The notes: generated from the letters alone by a model not told the origin. Positions 30,420-40,102 are shown, counted from the first letter of the stretch. The stretch: DNA of 64,000 nucleotides from an uncultured delta proteobacterium (GCA_963727445.1 CAVSGI010000015.1:32001-96000); one strand, 5' to 3'. Made by a program: numbers and translations.

Positions 30420-31154
30420 TCAGCGCGTGAGGCGCGCGGAGAGCTCTCGAAGCATGGCCGCGCCTTCACCGTGGAACGACGCTCCGTGCATGCAGGCGAG
30501 GGTCGCCGGATCGGTGGCGGCGACCTTCTCGAGGAGCGCCGCGGTCTGGGCGCCGTGGGCGAAGTAGTCCATCTGGGCCCGCATCTCCTCGCTCGGCTCG
30601 AGGATGTCGCCCTCGGTCACCGGATCGTGAATGTGACCCGGCTGGGTGAAGAGGTCGCCGCAGAGCAGCGTCTTCGTGTTGGCCTCGAAGAGGTAGCCGC
30701 AGTCCCATCCGTGGGGAAGGTGCGGAGCGTCGAGCCACCGCACCGAGTGCTTGCCGAGCTCGAGCATCTCGCCATCGCCCATGCCCTTCGCTTCCCGGTC
30801 CGACATGTCGTCGACAGAGACCATCTTGGCGACCATCCCGCACAGGGGCTGCGCGTTCGGCGCGACCGCCAGGAGCGCGTTCATGCCGCCGCACTCGTCG
30901 GCTTCGGTGTGGGACAGCCCGATGTAGCGGAGCTCGTCGATGGGCAGCACCGTCTCGATGGCCTCGCGCACCAGCGGGGCGAGCTGTCGCAGACCGGTGT
31001 GAAAGAGGAGCGGCGCGTCGTCGTGAATCAGGAACTGGTTGAAGGTGAAGCCAGCGGGCAGGGCCGGGTTCGGCGGGACGGGCGTGCTGATGCGATAGAT
31101 GCCATCAGCGATCTCGGCGATGCTGGTATTCGAATCTCGGTTGGTGATCTTCAT
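30420..31154 (-). CDS. Metallo-beta-lactamase-fold protein (FprA N-terminal-like)
   Basis: FNQFLI, SHTEADECG, PHLPHGW, LLCGDLF, ACMHG. Confidence 0.85.
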   Translation of the reverse strand: MKITNRDSNTSIAEIADGIYRISTPVPPNPALPAGFTFNQFLIHDDAPLLFHTGLRQLAPLVREAIETVLPIDELRYIGLSHTEADECGGMNALLAVAPNAQPLCGMVAKMVSVDDMSDREAKGMGDGEMLELGKHSVRWLDAPHLPHGWDCGYLFEANTKTLLCGDLFTQPGHIHDPVTEGDILEPSEEMRAQMDYFAHGAQTAALLEKVAATDPATLACMHGASFHGEGAAMLRELSARLTR

Positions 31155-31242
31155 GGTCTTCTCCTCTGGCTTTGGACGGATCCCTGCCGTTCAGCGAGAC
31201 GCCGGAGCGGGGTGTCGTCGATGTTTCGGTCGTGGGGGTGAA

Positions 31243-31866
31243 TCAGGCAGGCGGAATCAGTCCCGCCTCGCGTGCGTGGGCGATGTCGCATGCAGCGACT
31301 TCGGGATCGGGGGTGGTGCGCGACAGGCTCGGGATCTCCATCGCGCGCTCCAGCCAGCGACTGAGCGTGCGACGGTTCGCGATCGCGCGGGTCGTCTCCG
31401 CGTCGGGGTGCCACAGCGCGAAGCGCGAGAGGATGGGGGCGACGTGAAAGGTCACGAGGCTCGCCACCGGCTCGTCGCCGAGCACCCGCTCGAGAGCATC
31501 GAGCACTTCCTCGAGCCCGCGGGCCGTGCCGCGTCGCATCAGCAGAGGCGCGAGGTGCTCGTCGACGAGAGCCATGACGTAGCGATGTCGCGTCCGTGCC
31601 ACGAGGTCGTCGGGATAGGCCCCGTCGAAGCCGTGGTGCTCGGCGAGGTGCTCGAGCATCACCCGTGACTCGGTGATCACGAGGTCGCCGTGGACCAGGA
31701 GGGGGATCGTTCCGCTCGACGAATACTGCTCCAGGCCGTCGGGCTTTTCTCCCACCGGGGCCTCGCGGCGATCGATCGGTATCGCGAGGTGTTCGGCGAA
31801 GGCGAGGACGCGCTGGGCGAACGGACAGCCGCGGTCGCTGAAGAGGATGGGGGTCGCGGTGATCAC
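31243..31866 (-). CDS. Glutathione S-transferase family protein (CPF active site)
   Basis: GCPFAQRV, GTIPLL, ESRVMLEHL; GTG start overlaps the upstream TGA. Confidence 0.82.
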   Translation of the reverse strand: MITATPILFSDRGCPFAQRVLAFAEHLAIPIDRREAPVGEKPDGLEQYSSSGTIPLLVHGDLVITESRVMLEHLAEHHGFDGAYPDDLVARTRHRYVMALVDEHLAPLLMRRGTARGLEEVLDALERVLGDEPVASLVTFHVAPILSRFALWHPDAETTRAIANRRTLSRWLERAMEIPSLSRTTPDPEVAACDIAHAREAGLIPPA

Positions 31867-32684
31867 GCGACCGCCGAACGCTTCACGGCTGCTTCTTCGC
31901 GGCGCACGACGCCGCTGTGGTCCTGGCCGTCGCCTGCCTCGAAGACCGGGGCGAGGGTCGCGGTGGTCTCGGGGAAGTAGCGCAGGCGCATCCGCTCGCA
32001 GTAGCGCATGAGATTGTCGAGGGACGCGGCGTGGCGGAAGAGCGCGTTGTCCCCTTCGACGTAAGCCGAGACGCCGAGGAAGCCGAAGATGCACGCGTCG
32101 ATGGACGAGGGCGCGTCGCCGAGGAAGTAGGGCTTGTCGCCGAGGAGCTCCGAGAGCGCATCGAGATCGGCCTTGCCCTGATCGATGATGACCTGCATGT
32201 CGTGGCGCCCGATTCCGCGAGCGTGGAGCTGCTTGGTGAAGTGGCGGACCACGACGGTGGGCAGGATCCATCGGATGGGCACCGGCATCTGAGCTGCGAA
32301 CTCGGCGAGCCGCGCTTCCAATCCTTCGCCCAGGAAGAGCTGATGCTCGAAGCACTGGTGGTAGTGCTCCTCGAGCATCCGCTGCACGGAGAGGGCGAGG
32401 GCGCGCTGGCCCACGTCGAGATGCGCGTCGAGGTCGGCGCCGAAGCGCTCCCGGAGGTGCGCGATGATCAGGGTCGAGTCGCCCATGCGGAGATCGCCGA
32501 GCTCGATCCAGGGCGACTTGCCCTTCGGGCCCTTGCTCGCGTCGTTGGCGACCACGAACTCGTACGGGATCTCGGCCATCCGAAGCCAGGTCGCGAGCTT
32601 CAGAGGGAAGGGGGCCGAGGTCTCGAAAGGCACCCCCCAGCCAGTTGAGTAGGCGAAGAGGCGGAGTTTTTCTTCGTGGGCCAT
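31863..32684 (-). CDS. GST of the metaxin/FAX-like class
   Basis: PFPLKLATWLRMA, GPKGKSPWIE, DSTLII; GAAGGAG RBS. Confidence 0.88.
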   Translation of the reverse strand: MAHEEKLRLFAYSTGWGVPFETSAPFPLKLATWLRMAEIPYEFVVANDASKGPKGKSPWIELGDLRMGDSTLIIAHLRERFGADLDAHLDVGQRALALSVQRMLEEHYHQCFEHQLFLGEGLEARLAEFAAQMPVPIRWILPTVVVRHFTKQLHARGIGRHDMQVIIDQGKADLDALSELLGDKPYFLGDAPSSIDACIFGFLGVSAYVEGDNALFRHAASLDNLMRYCERMRLRYFPETTATLAPVFEAGDGQDHSGVVRREEAAVKRSAVA

Positions 32685-32722
32685 CGTCTGAGTCTCCTTC
32701 AATCGCGAGTGGATGACCCACC

Positions 32723-32792
32723 CTACCACGGTTTTTGACCCGTGGTAGAAAAAAATGACCTATGGTTGATTTTAATGACCCGTGGTAGAAAA
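32723..32792. promoter_or_regulatory. Probable TetR operator array
   Basis: TGACCCGTGGTAG (32736), TGACCTATGGTTG (32756), TGACCCGTGGTAG (32776) with a 20-bp period, plus inverted CTACCACGG at 32723, between divergent GST and tetR genes. Confidence 0.75.
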
Positions 32793-32797
32793 CACAT

Positions 32798-33436
32798 ATG
32801 GATCGGGCCCGAAAACGGCGCCGGCGTGAGCTGGCGAGAGAAGAGATCCTCGACGCCGCGCGCAAGGTGCTCCTCGAGAAGAGCCTCACCGGCCTGACGC
32901 TCTCCGCGGTGGCGCGGGAGCTGAAGCTCACCAAGGCCGCTCTCTATTACTACTTCGATTCGAAGGACAAGCTCGTCTACGAGCTCATCTACCTGGGGCT
33001 CGAAGGGCACGCTCATCGCGTCGGCGATGCGATCGACGCGACCACGTCGGGAGCCGACGCACTCGAAACGCTGATCCGCGTCTCCGCGGAGCACTACGGC
33101 CAAAACCTCGACCAGCTCCGGCTCGCGTACCTCGTCCCCCAGGTGGGCACGGCCGCCGCGAGTCGCTTCAATCCCGAGATGCTCACGCGGATCCGGCCCT
33201 TCAACGACCGAATGTACGGCGCGGTCGGCGCGCGGATCGCCGCGGATCAAGAGGCGGGGCGAATCGATGCGAGCATCGACGGAAGACGGCTCGCGTTTCT
33301 GGCGCACACCTCGGTGATCGGCATGCTCACCGTCGAAGGGGTGGTGGAGGTCGCCGATGACGCGCCGCTGATCCACACGCGGGAGGCGATGGTGGAGGAG
33401 CTGGTCGTGACCTTCCAGGCACGTCTGGGTGGCTGA
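32798..33436 (+). CDS. TetR/AcrR family regulator
   Basis: REEILDAA...LSAVARELKLTKAALYYYFDSK helix-turn-helix. Confidence 0.93.
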   Translation: MDRARKRRRRELAREEILDAARKVLLEKSLTGLTLSAVARELKLTKAALYYYFDSKDKLVYELIYLGLEGHAHRVGDAIDATTSGADALETLIRVSAEHYGQNLDQLRLAYLVPQVGTAAASRFNPEMLTRIRPFNDRMYGAVGARIAADQEAGRIDASIDGRRLAFLAHTSVIGMLTVEGVVEVADDAPLIHTREAMVEELVVTFQARLGG

Positions 33437-33466
33437 AGGGTACGACGCGCGTCGCTGAACTAGTGC

Positions 33467-34291
33467 CTAGCGCCTGCGCTTCCGCCGGCGGCCGCCGAGG
33501 GCGACGAACGCGGTCAGGACGAGCACGCCGGGCGCCGCGGAAGAGCGCGCGCGACTCGCGGCGTCGCAGGAGGTCGCGCTCGTCAGCGCGCCGTGGCTGA
33601 TGCCGGTGGGGATGGGGTCGGTGCCCGGCGTCGGCATGCCCGCGGGATACACCGTGCAGACCGCGGCGATGTCGTCGGCTTCGAGCGTGCGCTTCGACGT
33701 CTCGCCCTCGGGGCTGTCGGCGTACATGGTGGCGTCGGGGTCGGCGACGTGGGCGAAGCCGAGGAAGTGTCCGAGCTCGTGTGTGAGCGTGTTCTCGACG
33801 TCGTTGATCGTCACGCCGTCCAGGCCAGTGGTCCAGAAGAAGGACTCGTCGTTGAGATCGATGTCCGCGTCCTGGATCTGGCCGTTGCGACGGTCGTAGA
33901 CGACGGTGGTCAGCGCCAACGCCGCAGAGGAAGCGCTCGCGGGCCACACCTGTCGAAAGACGATGCGGTTCTCGCCGTCGTGATCACCGCCGTCGAGGTT
34001 GGTGGTGATCCCGCTGGGCGGGCCCACGTCCCTGAGGACGACGTCGGTGCACCCGCCGGCCATCATCCAGCTGTTGAAGGAGTTGTCGGCCGCCATGCGA
34101 ATGCCGTCCGGCGAGCCCTCGTTGGCGGTGTCCACACCGAGACGGAGGTCGTGCACCCGCGTCTGCCAGTAGAGCGGGAGGTCCGGATTACCGTCGACCG
34201 TCTGGCGGTTGAACGCAGAAACGGGGGCGGCGACGCTCACGGAGAGCGCCGCCGCCAGGGAGAGCAATCGATAGCTGGTGGGAGCGGTCAT
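33467..34291 (-). CDS. Matrixin (M10-like) metalloprotease with MYXO-CTERM-like tail
   Basis: HELGHFLGFAH, Met-turn ATMY; C-terminal Cys, TM helix and RRRKRR. Confidence 0.88.
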   Translation of the reverse strand: MTAPTSYRLLSLAAALSVSVAAPVSAFNRQTVDGNPDLPLYWQTRVHDLRLGVDTANEGSPDGIRMAADNSFNSWMMAGGCTDVVLRDVGPPSGITTNLDGGDHDGENRIVFRQVWPASASSAALALTTVVYDRRNGQIQDADIDLNDESFFWTTGLDGVTINDVENTLTHELGHFLGFAHVADPDATMYADSPEGETSKRTLEADDIAAVCTVYPAGMPTPGTDPIPTGISHGALTSATSCDAASRARSSAAPGVLVLTAFVALGGRRRKRRR

Positions 34292-35754
34292 CGACGGTGG
34301 ACGCGGAAGCCCACTCGATCCGCGGCCGACATCCCGAGGAAGTCTTCTGGGGAGACCAATCCACCCTCGGTTCCGCCGGACACGATGTCGAGAAGGTCCT
34401 CGCCGATATCGTAACAACCATCGCCATCGCGATCGAAGACAACGTCGAAGGTCGCCAGCTCCGAGGTCTCATCCGTCGCGGGAGGATCGGTGCCGACGGG
34501 GGGCTCACCCACGTCCGTCCCCTCGGGGAGCTCGACGGGACCGAAGCAGGTGGGGCTGGTGTTGGTGCAGCCGCGCTCGGTGCGGATCTCGAGGGAGCGG
34601 GTGCTCAGGTGCTCGAAGGGCACGCCGCCGCAGGAGGCGTCGACCTGGGAGGGGTCGTTCCAGAAGGTCTCGAAGTTGCGGTGCTCGACGATGTGCTTGG
34701 TGGCGCTGAAGTGATACTCGTGCATCACCGGCGGGTTCACGTACAAGAAGACCGGCTGGTCCTCCATGTAGTCGTTGTTCCAGGTGCCGTCGTCGCGGTG
34801 GTGGCTGTCGTAGGCGAGGTTCACGAGGACGTGGCGGCTGGTGCGCTCGAGGAGCCACGACTGGCTGTACTGGACGGTGAAGCCGACGCGGCCGAGGCCG
34901 TCGGCGCCGTCCTTGGTGGAGCCGGTGACGTCGCGGTCGAAGCGGCCGTCGCGGTTGACGTCGACCAGGATGTCGTAGATGCCGACGTTCGCCAGCTCGG
35001 GGGTGAAGACCGGCGTCGGCGCGATCCGACCGTCGGCGTCGACGGTGACCTCGATGGGACCGGCGACGTAGCCGTCGTCGCCGGGAGCCGGGAACGAGCG
35101 TCCCACCCAGTCGTCGCGATCCACCGCGACGTAGACGTCCACCACGTCACCCGCGACGAGCTGAGGGAAGCCGTCCCCAGCGATGTGGACCGGCCCGCGG
35201 ACCTCGTCGCCCCCGGAGCCGCCGACGGCGTATGCGTTCTGCGGCGCCCCCGAGGCGTCCGAGGCGAAGATGTGCGGCGGCTGAACCTCCTGCACGTTGA
35301 AGCCGGGGATCTGGAGCGCGGGCGGCGCGAACATCTCGACGCGCGTCGCCGCCGCGAGGTCGCCGGTGTCGCGGTCGAGGATCTGGATCTCGAGGGTCTC
35401 CCCCGGGCCGATCGCGCCCTCCTCGCCGACGTCGTGCATCACCGTCGAGAGCGGCACGCCGCCGTAGAGGTTGGTGAGCACCTCGGTCGCGCTGACGACC
35501 TCCGTGCCGACCACCGCCTGCGCGAGATAGACCGAACGCGGCGCGAGATCGCCGACCTCCGACTCGATCGCGAGCGACTCACCCTGGTTGAAGGTGAGCT
35601 CCACACGACCCGAGCTGCTGATCAGCGCGAGCTCGGTGCTCGTCGCCGACGTACGCGCGAAAGGATCGTCGTCGGCCCCGCCGCCGATGTTCGCAGCGCA
35701 GCCTCCGAGGGCCAGTACGAGGGAGAGAATCAGTGGGGTGGGGATTCGATACAT
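34288..35754 (-). CDS. Lipoprotein, unknown function
   Basis: LGGC lipobox; EF-hand-like DVNRDGRFD and DRDGDGCYD; stop overlaps the matrixin start. Confidence 0.75.
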   Translation of the reverse strand: MYRIPTPLILSLVLALGGCAANIGGGADDDPFARTSATSTELALISSSGRVELTFNQGESLAIESEVGDLAPRSVYLAQAVVGTEVVSATEVLTNLYGGVPLSTVMHDVGEEGAIGPGETLEIQILDRDTGDLAAATRVEMFAPPALQIPGFNVQEVQPPHIFASDASGAPQNAYAVGGSGGDEVRGPVHIAGDGFPQLVAGDVVDVYVAVDRDDWVGRSFPAPGDDGYVAGPIEVTVDADGRIAPTPVFTPELANVGIYDILVDVNRDGRFDRDVTGSTKDGADGLGRVGFTVQYSQSWLLERTSRHVLVNLAYDSHHRDDGTWNNDYMEDQPVFLYVNPPVMHEYHFSATKHIVEHRNFETFWNDPSQVDASCGGVPFEHLSTRSLEIRTERGCTNTSPTCFGPVELPEGTDVGEPPVGTDPPATDETSELATFDVVFDRDGDGCYDIGEDLLDIVSGGTEGGLVSPEDFLGMSAADRVGFRVHRR

Positions 35755-35787
35755 GAGGGGTGGCTCCTTGCTCCGCCACCCCGTAGT

Positions 35788-35803
35788 TCAACTGCCGTGC
35801 CAC
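35788..35803 (-). promoter_or_regulatory. Possible sigma54 promoter (variant -12)
   Basis: TGGCACGGCAGTTGAA about 35 bp upstream of ATG 35754; -12 reads GA rather than GC. Confidence 0.4.
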
Positions 35804-35939
35804 GCCGCGCCGCAGCCTTTTCCCGAGATCCGCGACCGATCCGCTGGGGGTAGTTGTCCGCGAAGAACGAGCAGCGTTCCCGCTACTGGTGAGGATGAGC
35901 CCCACCCGGGCGGTGGGCGGCTGAACGTACGCGTTGGGT

Positions 35940-36710
35940 TCAGCGAGGCGGGTGCACGCCGAATGAGACCACGCCGGGGATCAGGGGCGTCACGATCGTC
36001 TCGTACCCCATGGGTGGGGAGCCGGGGGCGAAGGTGACGGGGTCGATCAGAGCGCCGGTGCCGCCTAGAACGAAGACGCCGAAGATGCTGGTGCCGGGTG
36101 CGTCGACGGGCTTGAAGGGCGCTTCGGTGGGGGCATAGCGAGGGACGGCGTCCACGTAGCGCAGTGTCCCCACCGAGGGCGCGAGAGCGACGTCGACGCC
36201 CGCGACGGCGTCGTTGTCGGCGTTGACGACCTGGCCGAGGTAGCCCCCATCGCGATCGAGGCGGATGCCCGTCTCGGCCTCGAAGGCGGCGATGATGGAC
36301 TCCGAATCCCGCGGCAAGATGGTGACCTGTAAGGCGTAGACGTCAGTGATCTGATCGCGCGTGACGAGCATCGCGTTCAACGTGCTGGCGAAGCTCGAGC
36401 TGGCCGGTCCTTCGGGGATGGCGAGGAGGTCGCTGCGGATGCCGGAGGGCACGCCTGCGAGCGTGAAGGAGCCATCCTCACCCGAGGGCTCGGAGCGAAG
36501 CACCATCGGCGCGCCGCCCCACGCCACCACCACACCCGCCACACCCACGCAGCCTTCGAAGCAGCTCTCGTAATCGACGACGCGGCCGCTGACGGTGATG
36601 GTGGGGAGTGTGCTCCCCGCCCCGTCCGGCCCTCCGGAATCGCGTCCCGAGCCTCCCCCGGTGGGGGTGCAGGCGACCGCGACCAGCAACGGGAGCCAAG
36701 CCGATCTCAC
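35940..36710 (-). CDS. Lipoprotein with carboxypeptidase-regulatory-like beta domains
   Basis: VAVAC lipobox; ITVSGRVVD, DGSFTLAGVP. Confidence 0.7.
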   Translation of the reverse strand: MRSAWLPLLVAVACTPTGGGSGRDSGGPDGAGSTLPTITVSGRVVDYESCFEGCVGVAGVVVAWGGAPMVLRSEPSGEDGSFTLAGVPSGIRSDLLAIPEGPASSSFASTLNAMLVTRDQITDVYALQVTILPRDSESIIAAFEAETGIRLDRDGGYLGQVVNADNDAVAGVDVALAPSVGTLRYVDAVPRYAPTEAPFKPVDAPGTSIFGVFVLGGTGALIDPVTFAPGSPPMGYETIVTPLIPGVVSFGVHPPR

Positions 36711-36890
36711 CCCTCATTCCTACCACCAAATGCCTCGCGGGCCGCCCCGCCCGAGGGCGTCGCGGCCTCTCGGGCGCGTCCTCGGAGGCGGAGCACATCT
36801 GCCGCTCCGACCACTCGAAGGGGGAACCGAGAACGTTCCAAGCTCCCTGATCCGCCGATCCGCATGAGCGAGATCACACGCTTAATCCTA

Positions 36891-36906
36891 CGGCACCAAC
36901 GTTGCA
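36891..36906 (+). promoter_or_regulatory. sigma54 promoter
   Basis: CGGCACCAACGTTGCA, followed by a GGAGG RBS and ATG 36935. Confidence 0.65.
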
Positions 36907-36934
36907 CACATGGGAGCCCGGAGGTCATCCCGTC

Positions 36935-38245
36935 ATGCGTTTCGCCATCTCCCTCGTCCCTCTCGTGCTCGCCTTTGGTTGCCAGGGCACCTTCGGGAAT
37001 CAGGACCACGGTCACCACGACGACGGTGACATCGCCACGACGCCCGTCCCGGCGTGTCCCGTGGATCCGGACTGTGCCATCGGGGGCGATTGCTCGCTCT
37101 ACGAGTGCCCGGACTACTGGCTTTGCGAAGACCTCGCGGATGGCACGAAGCGGTGCACCAATCCCGGCCCCGACGTCCCCGACGACGGCGATTGGGCCTG
37201 CGAGCAGGTGGGCACCGCCGTGCAGTGCACCGGCGACCACTACCCCGATGACGGCGGGGGTGGAGACTGGAACTGCGAGCGCCTGAACGACGTCGAGGTC
37301 GTCTGCACCGACGACACCCCGGGCTATCCCGACGAGCCGGGCTCCGGTCCGTGGGACTGCTTCTTCTCGGGTGAGTTCCGCGTCTGCGAGGACAGCGGTG
37401 GCGGCGGCGGCTCCGGCGACGGGGGCGGCTGGTTCTGTTATGACACGCCCGCTGGCCGCGAGTGCCGACAGCGCAACCCCGACTACCCCGACGACGGCCG
37501 CGCATGGGACTGCCATGACGCCGACGACGGCACCGTGATCTGCTCCGCGCCCGGCGACGTGCCCGACGATGGCGGCGGCGGCAGCTGGACCTGCGAAGAC
37601 CAGGGCGACCTCGTCGTCTGCGTCGACGACACCCCCGACTATCCCGACGAGCCGGGCAGCGGCAGCTGGGACTGCTACTACGCCGACGAGTTCCGCATCT
37701 GCGGTGACAGCGGCGGCGGCGGTGGCTCCGGCGGTGGCGGCGGCGGCACCGGCGGTGGCGGCGGCGGCGGCTCCGGCGGCGGTGGCGGCGGCTCCGGCGG
37801 TGAGTGCGTCAGCGGCCAGCAGCGATGGTGCGACGACGCCGTGTACTGCTCCTGGGGTAAGCAGACCTGCCTGCCCGACGGAACCTGGGGCCCCTGCATC
37901 GAGCCCACCGTGACGGACGGCGGCATCTCCGACCGACCCGCCACCGAATGCGGCTGCCGCTACTTCTACTTCAACGCGGCCTGCTGCGAGACGCCGGACT
38001 GCATCATCCCGGACGGCCACACGGCGCCGGCCTGTGACAGCGACGGCAGCCTCTGCAGCTACTGCGACTCGGCTTCTCACTGCGGTGGCGCAGACGACGT
38101 CTGTCTCTTCGCCCGCGACGGCTACGCCTTCTGTGCACAGGACTGCTCCGACAGCCCGTGCCCGACCGGCTACAGCTGCCAGTCGATCACCACGCGCGCC
38201 GGTACGCTCCAGCAGTGTGTCCCGACCAGCGGCACCTGCGGCTGA
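36935..38245 (+). CDS. Cys/Asp/Trp-rich repeat lipoprotein
   Basis: LAFGC lipobox; repeated PD(D/E)..G.WxC...C modules, poly-Gly linker, Cys-rich C-terminus. Confidence 0.85.
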   Translation: MRFAISLVPLVLAFGCQGTFGNQDHGHHDDGDIATTPVPACPVDPDCAIGGDCSLYECPDYWLCEDLADGTKRCTNPGPDVPDDGDWACEQVGTAVQCTGDHYPDDGGGGDWNCERLNDVEVVCTDDTPGYPDEPGSGPWDCFFSGEFRVCEDSGGGGGSGDGGGWFCYDTPAGRECRQRNPDYPDDGRAWDCHDADDGTVICSAPGDVPDDGGGGSWTCEDQGDLVVCVDDTPDYPDEPGSGSWDCYYADEFRICGDSGGGGGSGGGGGGTGGGGGGGSGGGGGGSGGECVSGQQRWCDDAVYCSWGKQTCLPDGTWGPCIEPTVTDGGISDRPATECGCRYFYFNAACCETPDCIIPDGHTAPACDSDGSLCSYCDSASHCGGADDVCLFARDGYAFCAQDCSDSPCPTGYSCQSITTRAGTLQQCVPTSGTCG

Positions 38246-38301
38246 GCAAAAACACCAAATCCTCCCCCTGTGAACGACACACGAAGCCCGAGGAGTATCC
38301 A

Positions 38302-39279
38302 ATGAAGTGCCTCAGTTCGACGATGACCCTCCTGACCGCGCTGGCGATGCTCGTGCCAGCCACCGCCAGCGCGTTCTACGTCGAGTCACGCAGCGAGGAC
38401 ATGGCGGGCGACCCGGTGCCGGTCGCGTACGACACCAGCACGCCCGTCGAGTTTCGCATCGCTTCTGCGGGCATGCCCGGCGGCGACGGCTCCGAGTTCG
38501 AGGCGGTCGCCGCGGCCTTCGCCACCTGGGCGGCGGTCGATTGCGTCACCATCGATTTCACGGAGGGGCCGCGCAACGACGCGCCGGCGCCGCGACACTG
38601 GACGGCCTGGGAGGGGATCGATGATCCCGCGTTCGAGCGCTACATCAGCGTGTACTGGAGCGACGACGCCGGTCAGTTCCCGACCGCGACGGTCGGCTTC
38701 TTCGACCGCGCCACTGACGGGACGACCAGCCAGCTCATCGGCGGAACCATCATCTTGAATTCGCGGCATCACAGCTGGTCGACGACGGGAGAAGCCGGTC
38801 TCCTCGACGTCCAGTCGGTCGTGACGGCGCTTCTCGGCCGCTCGCTCGGTATCACCAGCGCGATGGAGGGCAACGCCACCTATCCGAGCTACTCGCCGGG
38901 AGACACCAGCAAGCGCACCCTCGGCGACGACGACATCGCCGCCATCAGCTACATCTACGGTGACGACACCTGCACCGTGATGGAGGTGCCCGAGGGCATC
39001 TGCACCGGCGCGCCCCTCGAGGACTGCCCGCCCACACCGGACGTGGACGCGGGCACCGGCACCCGTGATGGGGGCACCAGCGACGGTGGAAGCGGGACGC
39101 CCGACGGCGGCACGGGGACTCCCGACGGCAGCACCGGCGGCGACGCGGGCGCTGATGGCGGCGGCGGCGACGATGGCGGCGGCTGCAGCGTCGGCGATCT
39201 GCGTTCAGAGAACACGCCGGGATGGATCGCGCTCCTGCTCCTCGTCGGGCTCGGCATCACCGGTCGCCGGCGGCGCTGA
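38302..39279 (+). CDS. Matrixin-like protein lacking zinc ligands, with MYXO-CTERM-like tail
   Basis: Aligns with 33467-34291 (TSKRTL..DDIAA) but has TALLGRSLGITS in place of THELGHFLGFAH; tail GGGCSV...WIALLLLVGLG..RRRR. Confidence 0.78.
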   Translation: MKCLSSTMTLLTALAMLVPATASAFYVESRSEDMAGDPVPVAYDTSTPVEFRIASAGMPGGDGSEFEAVAAAFATWAAVDCVTIDFTEGPRNDAPAPRHWTAWEGIDDPAFERYISVYWSDDAGQFPTATVGFFDRATDGTTSQLIGGTIILNSRHHSWSTTGEAGLLDVQSVVTALLGRSLGITSAMEGNATYPSYSPGDTSKRTLGDDDIAAISYIYGDDTCTVMEVPEGICTGAPLEDCPPTPDVDAGTGTRDGGTSDGGSGTPDGGTGTPDGSTGGDAGADGGGGDDGGGCSVGDLRSENTPGWIALLLLVGLGITGRRRR

Positions 39280-39301
39280 CGGATCTCGATCAGGTAGAGC
39301 T

Positions 39302-40102
39302 TCACGTTCCGTGCGCGGCCGGCCCGTTCGAGGGCCGCCGCCAACCACTCGGATCGCGGATCACGATGACCAGCGCGAGGACGGTGAACGCGACGGTGTG
39401 GGCGATCATCGGCGTGGTGTCGCCGGGGAGCGGGAGCTGGGAGTTGGCGAGATGCGCGCCGACGTGCAGGAGAAACGCCGAGAGCAGGCTTGTGCGGGTC
39501 TTCTGGAAGATCCAGGTGAAGACGTAGCTGCCCGCGATGAGGAAGAGCGCGGTCCAGGCGATGTCCCCCGCCGTGAGCCCCTGGAGGATCAGCATCTCGA
39601 GATGCCATAGAGCCCAGAGCACGCCGAGGATCGCGCTCGCGCGATGCGCGCCGTAACGGTCGATGAGCCGCGGCAGGGCGAAGCCGCGCCAGCCGACCTC
39701 CTCGACGAAGGGCACGACGAAGGCGGCGGCGATGCGCTGGCCCTCGGGCAGCAGCACGTAGGGACCGTTCTGGATCCCGAGCGCCGCGACCACGCCCATG
39801 GACGCCGCGAGGAGCGCCGCGGGCAGGACGAGTGCGAGCACGTGCCACAGAGGCGAAAAGCCGCGGATGGCGAAACGCGCGAAGAGCGCCTTGTTGCCGC
39901 CGCCGCCCGGCAGACTGGCGGCGACGAGCGCTGCGATCAGCGGACCGAAGCCGCCGAGCGCGGCGAGGGGGACGTACTGCTCGACCGGGCCGGCGAGGAC
40001 GCCCCATTTCGCGAGAAGCGCGGGTGCCTGGAGCGCCCAGGTGAACCCCAGCGCGATCGCGAAGTAGACGCGTAGGCCTCGATCCATGCCCCCCTTCGAC
40101 AT
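39302..40102 (-). CDS. CPBP (CAAX/Abi) intramembrane protease
   Basis: VEEVGWRG, LWALWH, LLHVGAH; multi-TM. Confidence 0.88.
   Translation of the reverse strand: MSKGGMDRGLRVYFAIALGFTWALQAPALLAKWGVLAGPVEQYVPLAALGGFGPLIAALVAASLPGGGGNKALFARFAIRGFSPLWHVLALVLPAALLAASMGVVAALGIQNGPYVLLPEGQRIAAAFVVPFVEEVGWRGFALPRLIDRYGAHRASAILGVLWALWHLEMLILQGLTAGDIAWTALFLIAGSYVFTWIFQKTRTSLLSAFLLHVGAHLANSQLPLPGDTTPMIAHTVAFTVLALVIVIRDPSGWRRPSNGPAAHGT

Noticed and set aside
33460..33470. CTAGTGCCTAG as a remnant or footprint of the CTAG MITE
   Set aside because: Only 9 bp match the inverted repeat, too short to support
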